DNA of 64,000 bases from Balanoglossus misakiensis (taxonomy: Eukaryota; Animalia; Hemichordata), in the NCBI GenBank assembly GCA_040954595.2, contig CM082581.2:10973099-11037098 (forward strand), read 5' to 3'. Below are positions 28,401 to 41,634 of the stretch, piece after piece. Below the pieces are notes generated by a model. The model made no database searches. It had not been told where the DNA came from and was given only the letters and a program-made list of their open reading frames with translations. The position numbers and the translations under genes are program-made. Position 1 is the stretch's first letter. Every line of letters begins with the position of its first letter.

Positions 28401-31400
28401 CACCGTTCTTCTCTGGTCCCGCTTGTGTCTCATGCCCGTCATCGTGAATTGGCGAGACCCTCAGCGTGCGAGAGCAGTGTTCTCCAGCGCAGGGCCTATC
28501 AACGTGGGCTTCATGATTCCCCCCACGCGGTTGTGAAGAATGGATTATGCGAACGGGGGAGCGTTGTTACATCTATATTGCTTCGTCAGAATGAACCAGA
28601 ATCTGCCCCTAAGCGCCGAGTTGCGATTTTTTTGAGACGGAATGCCCTTCGGGGCGCTTGCTTGTCAGTATTGCTATATTTTAATGCGATTACATCGAAG
28701 TTGCATGGATGAAGCGATGAGTAATCTGTTGGCGGCCGAAAGACAACAGTACTCCGTGGTATGAAAGCTCCTTGAAAAAAGAAACTGGCCAGAAGCGTGA
28801 ATATCTGTGAAGGAATATGTATTTGGAGAGCAGTGAAATCATCATTCGATGACCTCGACTCAGTTTCTGCGAAGAGCAGTTGGTTTTACCAGTGTACAGA
28901 CATGCAAAATGGTGGACAGTCCATCATTGCGTTGAGGATAGAAAAAAAAACATAAACGGAAATAGAACTATATATAAACTAGTGTCAAAGTTTCAGCTCA
29001 TCATGAACGGTTAAGCACTCCAGTGATGTTATCAATAATTTGTAGCCATGCGTAAATACCCCTTAATTTCGATTTCTAATAACAAACGATAATATAATAG
29101 CAAGCCACATGATATATTTCCCTGCCATAATAACTTTCATCAGTTCTGTGTTTGGAATTTCACTATTTCGCCATGGGTGTGGTACAGATGTATAAAGTCG
29201 TGCAGTTGTTAGCATAAAAGAGGTCCTTCCAACCCTTGTGACGATACATTTTATATTAATTTGTTCTTTCAAAAACGTGTCACTGCATTTTGCTGCAAAT
29301 ACATGTAAATTACACAGTTTGGCAGAAGTGTATCGGTATGAATACGCCGGCTCTTTGTGGATTGACAGTGCAGTGGAGCGATGTGCATGTACAATATTTG
29401 AGTGACATCCCTGAAGAATGCGCCCCACATGCGATACAGCACATTCGTGAATACTTGAATAAGGTGACGTTGCCCCATCTTCGCATACTTCCCATGATGA
29501 GCATGCGCATAATGGCCAGATTTCAATTCGAAAAAGCAGCTGTGAATTGTATGCATTTGGCGGCCATGTTTCGGGCCCTAGCGTCTCTCACCTGCACCTG
29601 TGAAGACAATGCCATGCTTACCCATTCGTTTCTTGCACAAGAGTAACAACTGGAGGTCACATAACAATCGTGATAACAATAACACGACACTGACATGACC
29701 ACAAGTTTGAAACTCAATAATCACGAAATACTTGTGACGTAAGAAGACATCGCGATGATCATGAGGCTCGAGTAGCCAAAAACACGTGTCGTTCAGTTGA
29801 AAAACAGTTCTATGAAAATTGCATAACCTTATAAGTTTGTATAGTTACCCAAAATTTGCAATGTCTTCACACAAGCTTCTTCTGAAGGCAATGTTATTTT
29901 GTTCAGTTGATTTCAAGAATGGTTTATCTATCGGAGATCCTCATCGCGAAGATAGGAACTTGAAATTGATATTCTCATCCAAAATGTCAAGGTCGACCAG
30001 TTTCATTTTGTATGGCCTAATTTTCCCACAGGCTTGTATAAAAAGATTATCATCTTTCTATTTTCCATGTCAAGTTTCCCCACAAATGGGAACACATCCG
30101 AATCGATTATGGGAATTATATTAAAGGCATATTAACGGTCATGTCGAAAATCGATTGTCAGAACCTCTGCACTTTGCAAAGAAACATAATAGAATACTAG
30201 TAGCGTAAGTATAGACGCGAGTCTGCTTGCACGTACGACACGATGTTCTGAGCGTAATTATTGGCGATGACGTAGTCCCCGTTAAAATATCCTCTATTTG
30301 CTTTAGATTTCCATAGTGAAAAGTTTGGCTGGTTACTGACGCTGTAGATAGTGTATACACGGATTTCAAATCTGAAAGCGTGGACAGCGACGGAACCAAA
30401 CACTATACGACTTAATAGAGACGCAACTTCCCTTTGAATAACTGTTCGCTCAGATATGTCGCCTCTCCGTCGCCACATGATGAAGTAGTTGACATTTCGG
30501 GGATTGGGTTGTCTGCCCTGTAGTCCCCGCATCATATAGTAGCTAATCCCTTCTCTGACTAATGAAAGAAAATCGGTTCATTAAAATATTGCATCGATAG
30601 ATAAATACGGGATTAAAATGATGGGTAGGGATAACACACTACACGTCCCTCCGGAACCCCCCTTGAATTAACTATAGATAGAGTATGTAGGTAATGTAAT
30701 TTTAATTCAACTAGCTTAACTAGACTGAAGAGATGTAATTATAGTTTAACTAGGGCAGGTGAGACTTCGGTAGTTGGCCTCTTCTACGTTTTGGTTTTCC
30801 ACTGAACGCCCAAATGAACCGTTCTTACGGAGGTAATTGCAAATGTGGTCTGTTTGTCTAGGTGTCCAACGTCGGTTGGTGCATTCTCCGCCCCCAGTTG
30901 TATACGCATTGTGCAACAACGCAGCATAACAAGCGCCATCGCTATACACGCTGTCACGCTCGACGGCTCAGATGAGAAAGCGCAGCAGAGATTTCGCGCG
31001 TCGGCGTGGGCGTGTCGTTCGCTGATTGTTTTCTTCTGGGAGGCATACAATTAGAACTAATTGGCCTGTATCACGGGTTCAAAAGCTGTGTTACACCTAT
31101 GTGCGTTTGTTGGATCGTCTGTCTTCCACTGGTGCCAGCCGCAAGACACGATCGGGCTGTTGTATGTGCATATTTGTAAATTAGCACACCGTCCTCTGAA
31201 GTGTCAAAATAAACGCTGCATTTAAAGTGAACATGAATGTAAAATTTGACTTGGTAAAAACCGATCATGTGACACAAAAACGACTAAAGTAACATCAAAT
31301 CTACCGAACTAGACAGAACTAGGGAGTTTTAGTAAAAAGATGAGACTACGGGACCGCCACGAAACATGATTGAAAAACACGCAGCCTCGAACTGGGTCAG

Positions 31401-34400
31401 ACAAGAACACTGCACGTCTAATATCGATAGGTATGAGAGCTCACTTGAGAAATGAAACGTGGTTTTGGATATAGAAAATACTCCCGGAGATTAAAGTATT
31501 AATGGTCTCATGTGAAAATAGGACGGTTACTTTAAGTAATAACCCTACTGAATACCGCTTTCGTTCAATCTTTTACCAAAAGAAACAAAGTGAGATGTTA
31601 TTAGAATGCGTGAAATTGCACGATATATCTTGCGAAAAATTCTGTGCGTACAGTTGCAACATTATTAAAAGTGTGTCGCTGTAAAGTTCCATAGCTTTTA
31701 ACTGATTTCCAACAACCCCCGTCTGGACTGGCGGTCTACACATATACATGTATTCTCAATAACCATGAATTTTAGCGCGCTGTAACACTAACGGCCAAAT
31801 GCACGGACTGCACAATGGGGCCTCGGCGAGCGATTTGCGATAGTTTCACGCACAGTTTAACGAGAGAACAGCCGCGGTTATTGTCGAAATGAAAACGGCA
31901 AATGATGTTTACGGGTAAATTGACAGTAGTTTGGCGATGTCTCAGAGAAAGCATCGATTTTATTTCTGACATGATCAGCCGAAGTATTGCCCGAGACCAA
32001 GCACTCGTGTTTACAAGGCGCATCTTTCTTACGTCACTTCCTGTACTACGAATGTAAGACTGGAAATTAGAGCGCATCGACGAGAACAATATCCTGCTCT
32101 CTGAGAAACCGGAGACCTCCGTGACCTTATATGGCTGCCCTGTTGGAGATTCCGTGAACAAAATCCGAATAGAAATAGAGAGTCCAAGTTTTAGGGAGGT
32201 TTATCGCAGTAAAATAATTAAATACAAAAAATGATTGCGCGAGTACACGGTTGTCAGGGAGAAGCATTTGCTATAGGCTTGGTATGCGATCAAACAGATG
32301 TATCTTCTCTGTTCTCCATTTTGTTGACGCGTCGTGTTTTTAGGCGCTGGGTCATTGTTGCGAAATTCAAAGCCTTGGCAGAATTGAATTGTAACGAAGG
32401 GGGATCAAAGCCACCGGAATACACGTTAGTTCGGGGTCCTCATGAATGACGTTGACAGATTCCTTTCAAATTACGACGGGAGTCTCTTTGAGGCGTTCAC
32501 GTTCGCTCCGACCGATCTTTCTGTCGTAACAGCAGGGAAAGATGACGGATCTAAGAGAGGTGTAATGTTACGTACGACGTGCTATCGATCACTGGACGCA
32601 ATTAGGCAAACTCCCGACAAAGCCTCATCAAAAACCTTTAGTAATTCCACTCACAATAAAGAACTATCATAAAACGATAGATTAATAATTAGAAATAAAT
32701 ATTGCGAGTAAAACCCCCTCGTGAATTGAAAAAAATATTTATTTATTTGTTTATTTGCAAGATGCCGGAGATGTATTTCTCCGTATTCTCCTTCTCCCTC
32801 GAACTGTTTGGTAGCAGTCAGCTCAGGTCCGGTCGGCATGGGTAGTGGGCGGCTTCTTTGCTTCATTACCCGATCCATGTGCGCGTGTCTTGACAGATTC
32901 AGAGTAACACCGTCAGCCGTCGCCGTTAAAGCGAAGCGACACAAAAACCACGGAAGCCGAGCGCCTGGGAAATCAGATAGATTGCATTACACGTAATGAA
33001 TATCCACCGAGCTTTATCAACTCTGCACAATAAACATTTGTCGCGGGGTGAAAGTTGCCAATCGATAGATGGGTTCGCCAGACAACGGCATGCGCCGGCA
33101 CAATTCAATCGCTCCCAATCCGCCGAGTCAGTTCACGTTCGGGCCTGAACTTTGCACGCCCCGCAAAAGTTCGTGAAATAAGTTGATTATTAGGTGTACA
33201 GGCAGTAAATTGGCCGGGAAAGCGGGCGGGGGTGGGTGGTGCGTTTATGGCAAATGAAGAAAATATTCGACGTGAATATTGCAAGGGACCCGCTTCACAT
33301 GGAGGACGCGAATAACTCGTCTAATTAGCGGATATTCACTAAAAGAAAACACAAGCGCCGAGCAACTCGTTTGACCCGAAGGAGTGCAAGCGTGCATGCT
33401 TCCCATAATTTCCCTGAAATCAGTCAATTCCATTCAAGGACGTCTCGCAAAAAGGAATGATGCCCGTCCAACGGTCTGGACGTGAAGCTCGGAGAAAAGG
33501 TTAGCGGAGACGGCGAGACTTTTTGTCTACAGCCCTGTGTTAAAGAGTCCCGCGTGGGCAGGTACGCACAGTTATTCGCGATTTCCAGCTCAGGAGCAAA
33601 ATGTATGTAATCATAAAAAAAATATTAAAGTGAGAGACATAACGTAATACCCGCGTAGCGGCTGCGTCATATTAATTCATCGTATTCGGGTAAGATGCGA
33701 CCACAGACACGTTAAAAGAAACCTCATACTACATCAGCTGTATTGACTAAAAACATATTGCTAGGGCAAAATAAATACCATCTTTGACTCTAACTTCTTA
33801 AAGTACATGAACCCCGTTTATAGATTGAATAAATTACACAACGCCAAACTCTGTGCGCGTCTCGTTTCCATTTGCAGGCGAAGCAAGTCGGCTGCGATGA
33901 TGGGCCTTACTAGATTACGAAATCTCAGTGATTTAGTCGGGCGCAATAAGTGTATGAAACCCAATTATTCAGTGGCTTTTTGATAGAGTGAACGCCGGTG
34001 TGTTGACACTGCAGCTGGCCAATGTAAGTCACAGACCATAACGTGATAACTACGTTGCAGCGATGTGGCGACGTGACACAACTTCACAATCTGCCGTAAA
34101 AGGGTCATTTTGAAGTCTTGCCTTCACTGCGCACCGCCGGACCAGTTTAACAGGTTCACTCGCTTCTCTGATTAAGTTCCGCAAGGTTCGACATAATTTG
34201 TGCAATCGCTTTCCACGGCCACTTTGCCCATAATACCGTAATTTCAACGGAGTTCCCTGTCCGCAAATGAACTCAGACATATTTCTGGAGAGAGATTACC
34301 GGAGGGAACACCCGGGTTCCTTCAAATTATATTGTGTTTCGTCGTTTACTTTGTAATCGGTGGCTTTAATGTCAAATTAATTGGAGAACCCGCTTCAAGG

Positions 34401-37400
34401 TCACGGTTTTGACCTTTTCACATTGATGTTGTCATTTGTACAAGAACCTTGAGTGTAAGTTCTTTCTGCATATAAATCAGTGTCCTGAAATTTGATAATT
34501 TGTCATCCTGTAGAGTGAAGAAATTTTTACCTACTAAAATATACAAATATTTCATCCGCGACTTCTGATTCATATGTAATCCATATTGATGACAAGAAAC
34601 TGTCGTCATGGAAACCGTGCATAGACCCACACGCCCCATGTTTGTCACTATACACATTCCATCGACTTTTTATAAGACTGTCATTGTTTGCGTATAGATT
34701 TGGCCAATTAATCTTGATTCATTTTCGATAAAATGCAATTTTGCAAAAACAAATGTTGATGGCATAGCAGAGAGAGACCGTAAAATCATTACCGCGAGGA
34801 AATCGAATACCTTGATGGGTGATATAATTGAAAATATTCGACCATTTATTATTTGTCATAAACTGGGGGAAGTATACGTGAAGCGAGGCTCTGAGTGTGT
34901 ATGGGTTCTACCCTTTGGTCATTCCATCCATATTTCCACGTGTTAATTTTGTAAAATGTATTCATCCATATCACACCTTTCACATTGCTGCCAATCCATT
35001 GGTATTAACGACTCATACATGGGCTCCTTGGGAACGGGAGGGGTTACGACCTGGCTGATATTTCTTCGTGAGATCAATTAAAACGTACCCCCATCAAGTT
35101 AGAATAGATTGGCGAGAACGGCCTTCGACTCGATCCGCACATTTCGACATCTGCACCTTCAGGGGTTGGAGGCAAATTGCTCAAATAAGGGGTAATGAAG
35201 GGGAAATCGAGCGCCGAGTATAAATGTTCGATCCCGGCGACGCGGAGTTGTTTTCGCGGTGTACTGTAGTAGACACTCGAGCTCTTCGGGTAGATGTTGT
35301 TGTCGTTTGTTGTCTCGTAGCATGCGAATCTTTTATAGTTGAACACCTCAGACGCTAGTCTTTGTGTCACGTCGGAGGCGAGTTCTCCATTACACTCTGT
35401 AATTTTCTTCATCGCATCTTGATCAATAGACAACTCTTTGTCGATTCATATTCACAGTCACATAACGCCATGTTACGTGACCCCCTCAGCTCAAGACAGA
35501 TCATCTTGTATAGCTTACTCTGACAGAAAGACGTATGTCTGGCCCTTGATAGCTTTGAATGGCCACGTGACCTAGATATTGGATGGCATACAGCGAGAGT
35601 AACGCGGAGGTTTTGAACTTTCCCGCAATCAATAACCATTGATATTGATGCGCATGTATTCTTAATACGCCATTTCGGGTTACATTATGTACTTAAAATG
35701 GCCATTCAGGTTCTTGTTATTCTGGAGACATATGCACAAGTTCAGTGAAACCCATGCATGCATGTGCGTGGATTACTGAAATACTGTAAAAAAAATAGAA
35801 CAGGATTGTAGAGTTGACAGAAAACTTGCAGTGGAGTCTGTCTGTCTGTCTGCAAAAAAAAATAGCTTCTTGTACCATATACTCCGCAAAATATCCACAA
35901 TTTAAGATATGTCATACATCTCAGACAAGCAGTAGTATAGGAGGCGCTACGCGATCACAAGATTCATGATATGATCACGTGCCGTAGACCTTATTAAAGG
36001 CACGAAATGTTCCCCTGGAAAACACATGGGAAATCTTACCTATAGAACAAAATGTTTTAATACGGTAACCATATACCCCCGGTAGCTACTACAGCTGAAT
36101 TCGCAATAGGCAGTACGGTTAGTTTAGCATCGCTGTTCAGGCGTGCCGAAACAGATTCATGTCAAAAAACTATGCGCCGAAAATTAATTAAAAGTCCGGC
36201 CCTCGGGGGTTTGCACAGATGAGGAAATCCATCTCTCATCTATCTCCCGATCCTTTTGATTGTGTTTAGTATTCTGAATTGATAGTCTTGTTGGCTAAAC
36301 CCTCCAGTGGAGGTAATTGCACTCGCCACCGACGCGTCTCCAAGATGCAGAGGGATTTCTTGTGTTTTCTTTGCATGTGGAAAAGAAATCGCATGTTGTC
36401 TTCCTCGATTCCCCTCGCTTACTGACTCTCCTGGCCCCAGTCCTCTGGGACCGAGTGTGTTAGAATAAGCGAGGCGGGCAGAGTTGTAGACTGGGTGACT
36501 TGGCTCACCGAGGCGAATCACGATGCGCTGGGTGGGGTCACTTCAGAAAGGCAAAATCGACTCCGAAACTACTGTGAGATATCAGAGAGCCAACCATTTG
36601 TGTCTTCGTGGTCATTCACAGCATAGAAAAGTGTAAACTATAAACAATTCTCAGTTTTATGTACATTTATTGTCCAAATATACTAGTATATCAATCAACC
36701 ATCATCGTAAACACAGTTTATGGCGATCGTGAATATCACTTATGTAATAAATTTATCAATCGGTTGGCCTGTGCATGTTTATGTCAGTGATGATGCAGGA
36801 TGTGAGGATGATTATACAAACACCCATCGCAAACTACGGTCGTGCTGCAACGCCGCTAGCTCTGTTTTACCTAATGGGTGCACTGCGCTGTGATGACACG
36901 CGAAAATTTGTACCCGGAGGGGGCGGTGTAATCGACAGGAATCTGCCCAGTAAAACAACCATAATGTTTAAGTTCTTGATATAGGTTTTTCACTTGTGTA
37001 ATTCATCACTGGTGACTTTTACGTAACTTCCCTTTGCGTTAGCACATCTTTCTGCGTTAAGGGATTAATTCGGGGTCAAATCGGTTTGATCGGGGTAATG
37101 AAATGAAATGACAAGTCACAGGTGTAAATTAGTACGGCCGCCTCTTTCAGTGATCGATGGGCGTGTAACCTTTCTCCCAAGGTGTAAATTTTAATTTCAG
37201 AAGCTGACGGGTTAAAACGAAAGAAAACAATGTTTATGATTTATCACAGTGGCACTAGAGGCATCAATTACGCGGCCTAAAGTAGGCGATAATTTGTGTT
37301 TTTCATTTGAAGAAGCAAGAACCGACGTTTGTGTTTATCTGTCGAATCTTGAAGACAAGTTCTCGCGCCACTGTTGCATCTGTGTTGCAAGAATAGAAAT

Positions 37401-40400
37401 GCCTCGCTAAACAAAAAAGACATATCGTATTTTGGTGGTAGCATAAAAAGTCCATGAAGCAGCAGATTTTGTTTCCTGGGTTAACGTGCTGTCTCTAAAA
37501 TGATAAATATTACGCCTATATATTCCGCGAATAAGAGACAGCAGCCTACACAATTGCAGCAAAATAGGGACATTTATAGGCAGACTCACGCGCCAGAAGG
37601 CAATATCGATATGCGCGGTACAATTGGTGGCATTTAATGACTTATGAAGACGCCATTTTCAATCAAACTATTTGGCGAAGTAAAATATATGAATTTATCA
37701 AAAGCCGTGATGAACACATCACCCGCTATGAAGTTTTGCAGCAATAAACAGTGGCCCGGAGGCAAACGACTAAAAATTGAAGAATGAGTCTGGTATTAAT
37801 GTTAATTCCCATTGAAGAGACCGCGGCTGTCCAGGACTCAACGCTGTCTAGTCGCAAATATGACCTGATTCGGTGGTTTAAGTGATTTCAATTACACCGG
37901 GCGGTACGTCGGGGCGGCTTGCGTGCCTGTCTCTTTTAACACGTCAACTTGTGCACCCGATAGAAATTAGCTATGATGCTGCCGTTTGCAGGACGTTGGC
38001 ACCCGTATCAGACTCTTTCAGAGGCTGGCAAGACTGCCAACGGCATGTGGCGAAGGATAATGTGATTTGTCCTCGGCGAAATGATAAAGTATCTATACTG
38101 TCGCAGGCTATGACGTCACCAGACGCGCGTGTGCCAATCGTTGGCATCTTGCTGGCGGAATTATACAATTTTTTTCAATAGCTTGTATTAAGTGTCCTTC
38201 AAAAAAATTATTTCTTTAATATTTCTGTTAACTCTAGCCAAAGGCGCGTTTTCTGATTGACTGTATGGTCCATTACGTCAGAAGAATTGTGTACAGAGCA
38301 GTTTTAACAAATTCATGTCGTGTAGCACTTGTGTGAACAATCATCGGGAAATGTAAACGACGGGGAGTCAACACACGAAGGCCTTCAGAATGTACGCTTT
38401 ACGGGAGTGACGCTTTCAGTATACAATTCTTCATTATTCGGAATAGCTTGCTTCGCACCCCGCATTTCGCGAGTACTTTTGCATGTCATTTGTGATATTT
38501 TTTCTTTAATTCAATGAAGTGGTCCAAAATTAATATCAAGCTGCGGATGGGAATAATGACTCTGGGTCGGATACTGTACTTCCCGGAAATTGTTGAGATA
38601 CCGCCCACGACCAGCTTAACATATCTCTCATCTTTTTTTTTCTTTCTAAGTATCAATCGATCAGTACCGTGTGTCATCTCGACAAGGCCCCGGTCAACCT
38701 TGTCAGTCATCGTTCACAGAGATAAAAGAAGGGATGCAATAATTGGCGAGAATGTCGACTAACAATTGCGTGGGAGGGCGAAAAAGTTGGTCGTAATTCA
38801 AATTAGATAAAACTCCTTATCGGAGTGACGAGTGTGATATGAGCATCTGCGTGTTCACATTATTTCCATGGCCGACTAAAATTGACGAATTGAGATTTTT
38901 AATACAACTTCGAGACGTATAACAGACAATCGACCATTTAACTTTATGAATACTCTCCTTCATACGTACACCGTCTCTTAAAATACGCCAACCTCGCGTT
39001 TGCAAGTACGATCGCAGTTGATTTCAGCGGCAAATGTATGTTAAACAAGGTCAAAATTCAAAGTATGTCGAGCGAAACTTCAATAATAGTCACCCTCTTT
39101 ACTTGACATTTCTGTCAATTTCCTGTAGCTACGTGCATTTTGCAAGTTGATTAAATCATAAGCAAAACGCGCTTCTTGGTGACGTCAGTCTGTAGAAAGT
39201 AGGGCTATATTACAAACCTTTATGAAGACAGATTGCAAGGATAAACCTAGATTATTCATTCACTATGAAATGCACAGGAAAGAAAACAAACCCGTTGATA
39301 TGTGTGAGAATTTCCGACACCTCAAGTTAGCTCAGACACGTGTTCTAAAGCCAATATCTTCATTTATTCATGACATTGTTACACACGCATGATTTGCTTA
39401 ATATCAACGGTTGCATTGGACCAACTTTTCTCTGTGAATTCCGTCATACTCTTCAGATCACGTCCATGTAGGTTTGTCGGGAGGGGAATACCTTCTATTT
39501 GTTCAAGAATTTGCATTATGACCTTGCTTTTTCATTGGACCATTGGCAACTCAATACAACTCAGCATACCACCACAAAAAGAAAGCAAAAATCCTCGTAA
39601 GTTGGGGGAAAGTAAACGAAATTGTGCTGGTTTTTTAGCGTTGAGTCTCTCGTGTAGTTTGACATCTCATTATCAAATGTGGGCTTTTACAGGATATAAA
39701 TGCGCGACTTGCCAGAGGGAAAACTGACAGAAACATATGGCGCGAACCATTACATCCTCTGCACTTTTGACCCCAACACCTCAGTGCATTTTTGTAAGGA
39801 CATTCATGCAATCGTCTCAGCGGTACTGCCCTCCACTCATGGAATCATTCATTTGGCATCATTTTTTTACATGAATTGAAATTGGGCCCGAGAACTTAGG
39901 GGGATTTAGTTTATGCATGGGTGCAGAATATACATGCTTGACCTTGTGGATCTATTCATACCTGATCAGTTTATGCTGGATCAGAACTCTGTCTCGGCTT
40001 CGGTAAGCAAATATTAAGACTAGATTTAGGTCGGCCTAAACTGCAATGCTTAGCCCTTAAGGCATGGGCAGATCGGCTGGATTACAGGACTTACGATGAC
40101 TCAACGAGGCTTACGGTGATTTCGGAGGAGAGATTTGGAAACGGAGATTGGGGAGTGTTTGGGAAAAGGCTCATCGAGAAATGCCCGTAGTTACATGAAA
40201 CCAATGTTGGACTATGAACAACACATAGCGGTGGTTGTGTATAACTTCTTGTTTTGCGCGTCACCCCCCCCCCCCCGCCCACAGTTTTCTGGTATTTTGA
40301 TGTATTCTTCTCATGTCACATCTGCTGCTGAGCTGCAACAGAAGACTGTGCCATAACCATTATCTCCCCTAGAGAATTAATCGATTGGCCCAGATTCAAT

Positions 40401-41634
40401 CTGAATCGCCATTACATCCGCGTTTTAGGGGTGACGTATGTTTCAAGGTAGTGACCGAAATTTATTGTGCAGACGTGGAATGTTTTGTGGCACTAGTTCT
40501 CCCTGTCGATGTCCCGTCGTCACACTTGAGTTTACAACCCAGGCATTAAACTTGACTGTACGATACCCTGAATTTTTGAGACATAGAAACACAAAGTGTA
40601 GTTTTCACCACATTAGTTTGCATCATTGAAAATGAAGTTTCTAATGAGGACACGGCATTCGTTTCTTACAGATCCGTGGTTACTGGGGGATGGGTCACGT
40701 GTTATGTGTGTGCTATCTGACGCTGGACGTCATGTTGTGCACGGCTTCCATTCTACACCTATGTGCCATCGCTGTCAATCGATACCTAGCCGTCACGTTT
40801 CCGCTGCGCTACTCTCGCGACCGCGCCACATCACGCCAGCGTATCGTGGCAACCATCGTCCCGGTGTGGGTCGTCTCGGCGGCCATCGCCCTGCCGCTGT
40901 TCATCAACGGGATGGCCGCGCCCAGCAATGTGATCCGGGAGGGCGGAATGGCGTGCGGCTTCTTCGACTACACGTTCGTGATCTACTCCTCCATGGGCTC
41001 CTTCTTCATCCCGCTGACGGTGATGATCGTGGTGGACATACGCTCCGTGAACTTGCTGCGGGGCAGGAAGCAGAACATCCGGGCAGTCATCCCCAACCTG
41101 ACGACCTTGCACGACTCCTACTCCGACACGCATTCCTCCGAAAAGGAAGACACCAGCGCCCTCAACTTGCGGAACGCCTCGCCCCGCCGCTCTGTCCGGC
41201 TGAGTTTGATGTCGACCGCCGGCGGCCGGCGAAGCCGCGGGAATTCCTACGGCGGCGTCAGCACCGAGCTGGTGTCCACGGAGCTTCATCGCTCGGCCGG
41301 TTCAAAGGAGAAAAGAGCCGCGAAAACTTTAGTGATTGTCTTCGTGTGCTTTGTCGCTCTCTGGCTGCCGTTCTTCTGCATCAACGTCACCATCGGGTTC
41401 TGCCCGCACTGCAACATTCCAAGCTCCGTGTTCCTCGTCTTCACCTGGTTGGGCTACGTGTCCTCGGGGATCAACCCGTGCATCTACACCATGTTCAATA
41501 AAGATTTCCGGCACTCCTTCTACCGGATCCTGACCTGCCACACTAAACGGAAAACGGCCAACAGCGCCAAATCCACAGAGTCGTCGGGAGCCTACTCCGC
41601 AATGAGGCCGATCGCCAACAGCATCAGACCGTGA
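16436..41634 (+). CDS. Class A biogenic-amine GPCR (5-HT2-like / catecholamine-receptor-like), 2 coding exons, ~399 aa
   Basis: Exon 1 16436-16672 encodes TM1-TM2 (WAALPLGLLVLWILFGNTLVLLAVYREKNL...NYVIASLATADLLLAVLVIP) and ends CTG|GTAAGT, phase 0. Exon 2 40672-41634 follows TTTCTTACAG and encodes TM3-TM7 (LDVMLCTASILHLCAIAVNRY, SSMGSFFIP, WLPFFCIN, WLGYVSSGINPCIY). The amine-binding Asp3.32 is present and the two exons join in frame. Confidence 0.93.
17681..17920. repeat. Degenerate tandem repeat, 4 units of ~64-74 bp
   Basis: The core AACCAC(GT)AGCCCAC recurs at 17685, 17749, 17815 and 17889. Each copy is followed by a variant of ACGTATTTCAACGCG, and the first three continue into a variant of ...TTAGC...GGGTAGCTCGG. 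Confidence 0.7.
22888..23095. repeat. Compound tetranucleotide microsatellite (ATTC)n-(ACTC)n followed by (AACC)n/(CATC)n
   Basis: Directly visible perfect arrays at 22888-23000 and degenerate arrays at ~23040-23095. Confidence 0.95.

Noticed and set aside
27267-36010. Scattered TTAAAGG starts resembling TTAA-targeting MITE termini (27267, 30121, 35994)
   Set aside because: No matching inverted partner ends could be identified by eye, so element boundaries are unsupported.
18000-40600. Dozens of 60-130 aa ORFs in the GPCR intron (e.g. 29290-29646, 31772-32161, 35074-35433)
   Set aside because: No recognisable domains or consistent splice structure; numbers and lengths are compatible with random ORFs using alternative starts.
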